DNA of 53,399 bases from Thelocarpon superellum (taxonomy: Eukaryota), in NCBI GenBank assembly GCA_026025795.1, contig JAPEUG010000080.1, positions 1-53,399 on the forward strand. Reading direction: 5' to 3'. A program made the translations under genes and the position numbers. The first letter of the stretch is position 1. Every line of letters begins with the position of its first letter. Under the pieces are notes generated by a model that searched no databases, was not told the origin of the DNA, and saw nothing but the letters and a program-made list of their open reading frames with translations. This document shows, piece after piece, positions 49,431-53,399 of the stretch.

Positions 49431-50041
49431 GGTCGATACGCGATGATGGAAAGTTGATGGCGCCCGGGTCACGGAGGCTTTGGGGACTGGAGGCCGCCCG
49501 TTCGTAGCTTCAATAAGGACCGAGAAGTGTCGTGGCACGAGATCGCAAAAGAGTTAAGGAGTGCGAAGAGGGAACATGGAGAAGGAACAACGGTCCCGGG
49601 TGCGGTTGCAGTAGATCTCGCTATCGCTTGCTGAGCGCCGGGGCGTCCGGGTCCACATTCCGAGGCTCGGGTGTGGTTTGTCACCTTCGGCCTATTCCGG
49701 AGTGCGGCCTAGCAGGCACGCGCCAGTCACGAGACGAACCGTACCTCGCCCTCCTCCGCTCACCTGGGTCTTCGCGATATATTGCACATCATGATTACAA
49801 AATGTTTCGGGAGTCATGATCACCATCGCTCACAATTCATGGCTGAAGGCTATGTGACAGCGGAAGATGAAAGGTACGGACCCTGACCGTGTCTGGCCCC
49901 CCGAAAAGAATCACGACGACCCCGAGGTCGCTATGCGTGCTCCGTGGACGCCGCCCGCTCATGCTATGCAATACCGAACGAGCAGGATATCATCGCACTA
50001 CGCACGTCCAGAAGGGCGGATGACCTTAGTCTCTTCGATGC

Positions 50042-51927
50042 CTAAGCGGTCTTCAAGCTCTTCATGACGGAAGTAAACTCCATCGCGTCTAACACATGCC
50101 CAGTTAGTTCGCGGTTTCCACGTCGTGCCGGAGACCAGCTCACCTGGGCTGCTGAGAAAGGTCAGCTCGTGTTCTCCCCGTTTGCTCTCTGGTGGCGTGT
50201 AGTCGGCACAGAAGACGTATGGTCGGAAGTCGCCGAGCAACACCTTTGCCTTGTTTCGCTTCATCCACGTTGACGACCCGATCAGATCCGTCACTAGAGG
50301 CCTGTGTGAGTGACTACGCAAGAAAGAAGATGTCCATGCGCGCTCACCAAAGGCCGTCCAGACCGGGGTACCCTTCAGTTCCCCTCGAATGACCGACGCC
50401 TCGAGTCGGATCCCCGGTGAATGTCGGTCCCGAAGCACACGTAGTGCATGGAGGAAATTATCATCCTGAATCTTAAAGCTAAAGAGCGTCGTCTCGCCCT
50501 CGACTCCGAAATCGTCCGGCCGCATGGGGAATGCTCCCGGGCCCCGCGCCTTCAAGGCCGTGAACAGACAGTGGAAAAGGATCAGCCGTTCGTATGTCGT
50601 AAATCGCAGCGAAGCCCATAAACTTTTGGTCCGTGCGGTGCGGTTGAGATGATGCAGCTGAACACAGCAGTCGTCCCGGACCATGCGGAGATCGTTCAAG
50701 GAGGACAGCGATTGTTTCTTGGCATGGTCTTCATGATCGTAGCCAGACAGGCAGAGCAGCTTGCTCCGATGATCGGCCGCGTGGAGGAAGAACTGTACGA
50801 TGACGGACCGCTCGTCGAAATCCCTGCCGGATATCAGCTGCGCACACACGACGGCATGAGAAGACTCTTCCCAGCCCGATAACGTACATCTCCACGAGTT
50901 TTTCGTAGGTCTTCGAAAGTCCTTCTTCCGCATTCTCCACGTGAAGTCCGAGCGATCGCGATCTATCACGGTCAGTGGCGGGCAGGGATACATCGCCGGG
51001 CCGAGCTCACGGAGATCCAGGCGTCGAGAATGGCGTGATGGAGTAGCGGCCGTCAAAGACACGAAGCGCCCAGTGGTCTTGACTGCCTGTCGAGCTGGTC
51101 GTGAGCGTGGTTGGGGGGGATAGGGGCGGCGCATTGATGAAGGGAGGGGGCGCAGGGATATATGGTCGGCGCGGAGGTGGAGGTGGAGGGACGGTCATCG
51201 GCGGCGGCCATAGCGGTTCCATCCGTCGCGGCGCTGGCCGTGGCATTCTTGGAGCTTCGTTGCGCCTCAGTTCACGTTCTGGCTGGGCAATGAGTCGTCC
51301 ACGGGGGGATGTTGGTCTCACCTGACGGCCCTAGATTCAAGCATCCAAGCCCGACATCACTGGATTCATCCTGGTGCGCTCGGATCCCGGCGATCTCTCG
51401 ACGAAGGATACGCATATCGCACGGGCTTGGCGGGAGTCTGCGCCTCGTCAGACGCCGGAAGGGGAAGCAGCAGCGCGGGTAGGACGATTCTGGGAGACGC
51501 ACCGCCGCAGCATAGTGAACAGCTCAACGAAGAAGACGCGGTACGTTTCGAGCCGGCCGAGCAGTGAGCTGGAGCCGTGCTGGAACATACAGCAGATCTC
51601 GCGCCAGAGTCGCGAGTAGGTGCGCGGCCCCCGGTTCTGCGTGATGCCGACCCGTCCGAATAATCGATCAATATCTCCCAATGTCCGCGACAGGCTGGGA
51701 AGCGCCAGATCGACATCGTCCAGGATGAGCCCGGCATTCCGTCGGTACTGGCGCGATCGCAAACCCGTCCGCAGCTCCCGCAACGCGGAATTGAGCGCGA
51801 ACAGTTCGCTCATGATGCCGCTGATCTCCGTCGAGGCACCGGGGAGACTGTCGAGGAAGGGGAAGAGGGCGGCGGCAACATCCTTGGCGATGTCCGCCTC
51901 GTACAGGAGATCGTCCTCGAGCGACAT
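50042..51927 (-). CDS. Conserved fungal hypothetical protein (helical N-domain, Pro-rich linker, beta-rich C-domain), multi-exon
   Basis: ORF 51448..51927, the Pro-rich ORF ending HWALRVFDG, and the C-part LWASLRFTTYERLILFHCLFTALK...IQDDNFLHALRVLRD...PVWTAF are separated by GT..AG introns. Internal exon borders are only partly resolved. Confidence 0.8.
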
Positions 51928-53399
51928 GGCGACGTTGCCCGCATAGAGACGAGGATCGACAGCCCAAAGGCTCGGCCCCGTAGGATTTGGTCGATGTCGT
52001 GGTCACTGCCCGCACAATGGCTGTGACCGTCGCCGTCGTCGGGCTCCCAGGAGATCATGAGTGAGGCTCGTGGTGGCCGACTTATATTGACGTGTCAAGT
52101 CTCCCGTACCCACCATCCGGATGGTATCGGTGCCCGAAGAGACCAATCGGCCCGGACATGGACGGGAAACCCTCGGCTTTCCAATGCCATGCACGCTGCG
52201 GCAGAGAGGCATTAGCGGAGGATCGTGCGGCCGTCTGATTGACCCCGTCACAGTTGCGCCGATGCAGCCTGGGGCAAGTGGAGTGGACGTGCCGACGCCA
52301 TTGGCCCGTCCGTCCATCTTGCTGCGACTACTCCAGCCAGGAGCATCCGACCATAGGCCTGGGCAAACAAAATTTCTGGTCCGGTCGACGCACGTCCGCC
52401 GGTGCAGGATGTGGAGGCTCTCGACGTGGCCTTGCAGGGCGAGAGAGAAGCCGACCGGGTCGCTTGTCGGTCCCGGCGCTGCTCAGCGCCCCTTCCCCTC
52501 TCTGTCTCTGCGAGCCCCGCCGCGCTCGCGACATACGTCGACGCTCACGGATGCACAATGTCCAATCAGCATCGCGATATCTCCCAGCCCGGGTCACGCC
52601 AAGATGGCCACCCGCCTGATGACTCCGTCACTTCCATGATCACTGCCTACTTAGTCAGTTCATTGCCCTCGACGCCTGCGGCATTACAAGCATGCGCCTT
52701 CCACCCTCCAGGAGCGCGGAGAGGCGCCAATCTGGAGCCCTGATGGTCTTCTAGATATTTTCAAGCTACGTGATCCTTCCCTGTTCTCAGGACGTGCATG
52801 TCCGTCCAGACACAACCGATTTCCTTCACGTCCTTCCAGAAAACTCTTGGCAGTCGCCTGGCTTGGGGCACGTCGAGCGCACGTGACCTTTGGCGTGTCC
52901 GTCCACTGCGCAGCACAGGGCAAAGTTCGCAGGCACCCATCAACCGGCGGGGAAAATCCATAGCTTCAGCTTGCCTTGGCCAGTATCTAGGTAGAGCCTC
53001 TGGGGCGTTGGCCAGCCACGATTTTTGATACGAGTAAGTCAATCCCCCGTCGGACTGTCCGAGAGTTCGACCTCTTGCGGTCTGAAACATCTTTTCGAAA
53101 GGGTTTCCCAATAAAATAACAAAATTTGGAGAGCTTAAAGCGAGCTGTGATGCGTCTCTTGGCCACTCGAGATGAAAGATGTAAAGTGCGGGCACATGTT
53201 CCATCGCGACTGTATCGACGAGGTACGTGGGGGCACGAGCAAACAGCTCCCCTGCGGATCACCGACGTATCGCCATCAGATTTGCTTGCATGAGCAGAAA
53301 GTGATTTACGGTCTGGATTAAAAATGATTGCTGGTTTCCGAGGAGCAATGACATCACCGCCTGACGCGAACCGTGTTTACTCTTCGAGACCGACACGAG

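Overview
GC-rich, gene-dense eukaryotic DNA from a filamentous ascomycete (Pezizomycotina). The evidence is short GT..AG introns with CTRAC/CTRAY branch points and typical fungal housekeeping genes. I could splice together about 22 protein-coding genes by eye: a partial OMS1-like methyltransferase, a pipecolate/sarcosine-oxidase-family flavoprotein, TBP, AIM21, TVP18, NTF2, a U2SURP/SR140-like protein, a HAD hydrolase, HMG-CoA synthase, homoserine dehydrogenase, a CCDC174-like protein, a DUF3431 protein, Ish1/Msc1 and several hypotheticals. Most long ORFs in the supplied track are antisense shadows or fragments of these spliced genes. The most interesting signals lie outside the standard gene set. 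(1) A structured non-coding gap divergent from TBP holds a telomerase-template-like 21-mer that would encode a non-canonical 16-bp telomeric repeat; this is a hypothesis only. (2) A double-guide box C/D snoRNA sits in the intron of a non-coding host transcript. (3) An intact gene consists only of a Tc1/mariner transposase DNA-binding region and may be domesticated. (4) A long nested hairpin fills an oversized TVP18 intron. No tRNA, rRNA, CRISPR array or intact transposon was seen. Family names come from motif recognition, not database searches.
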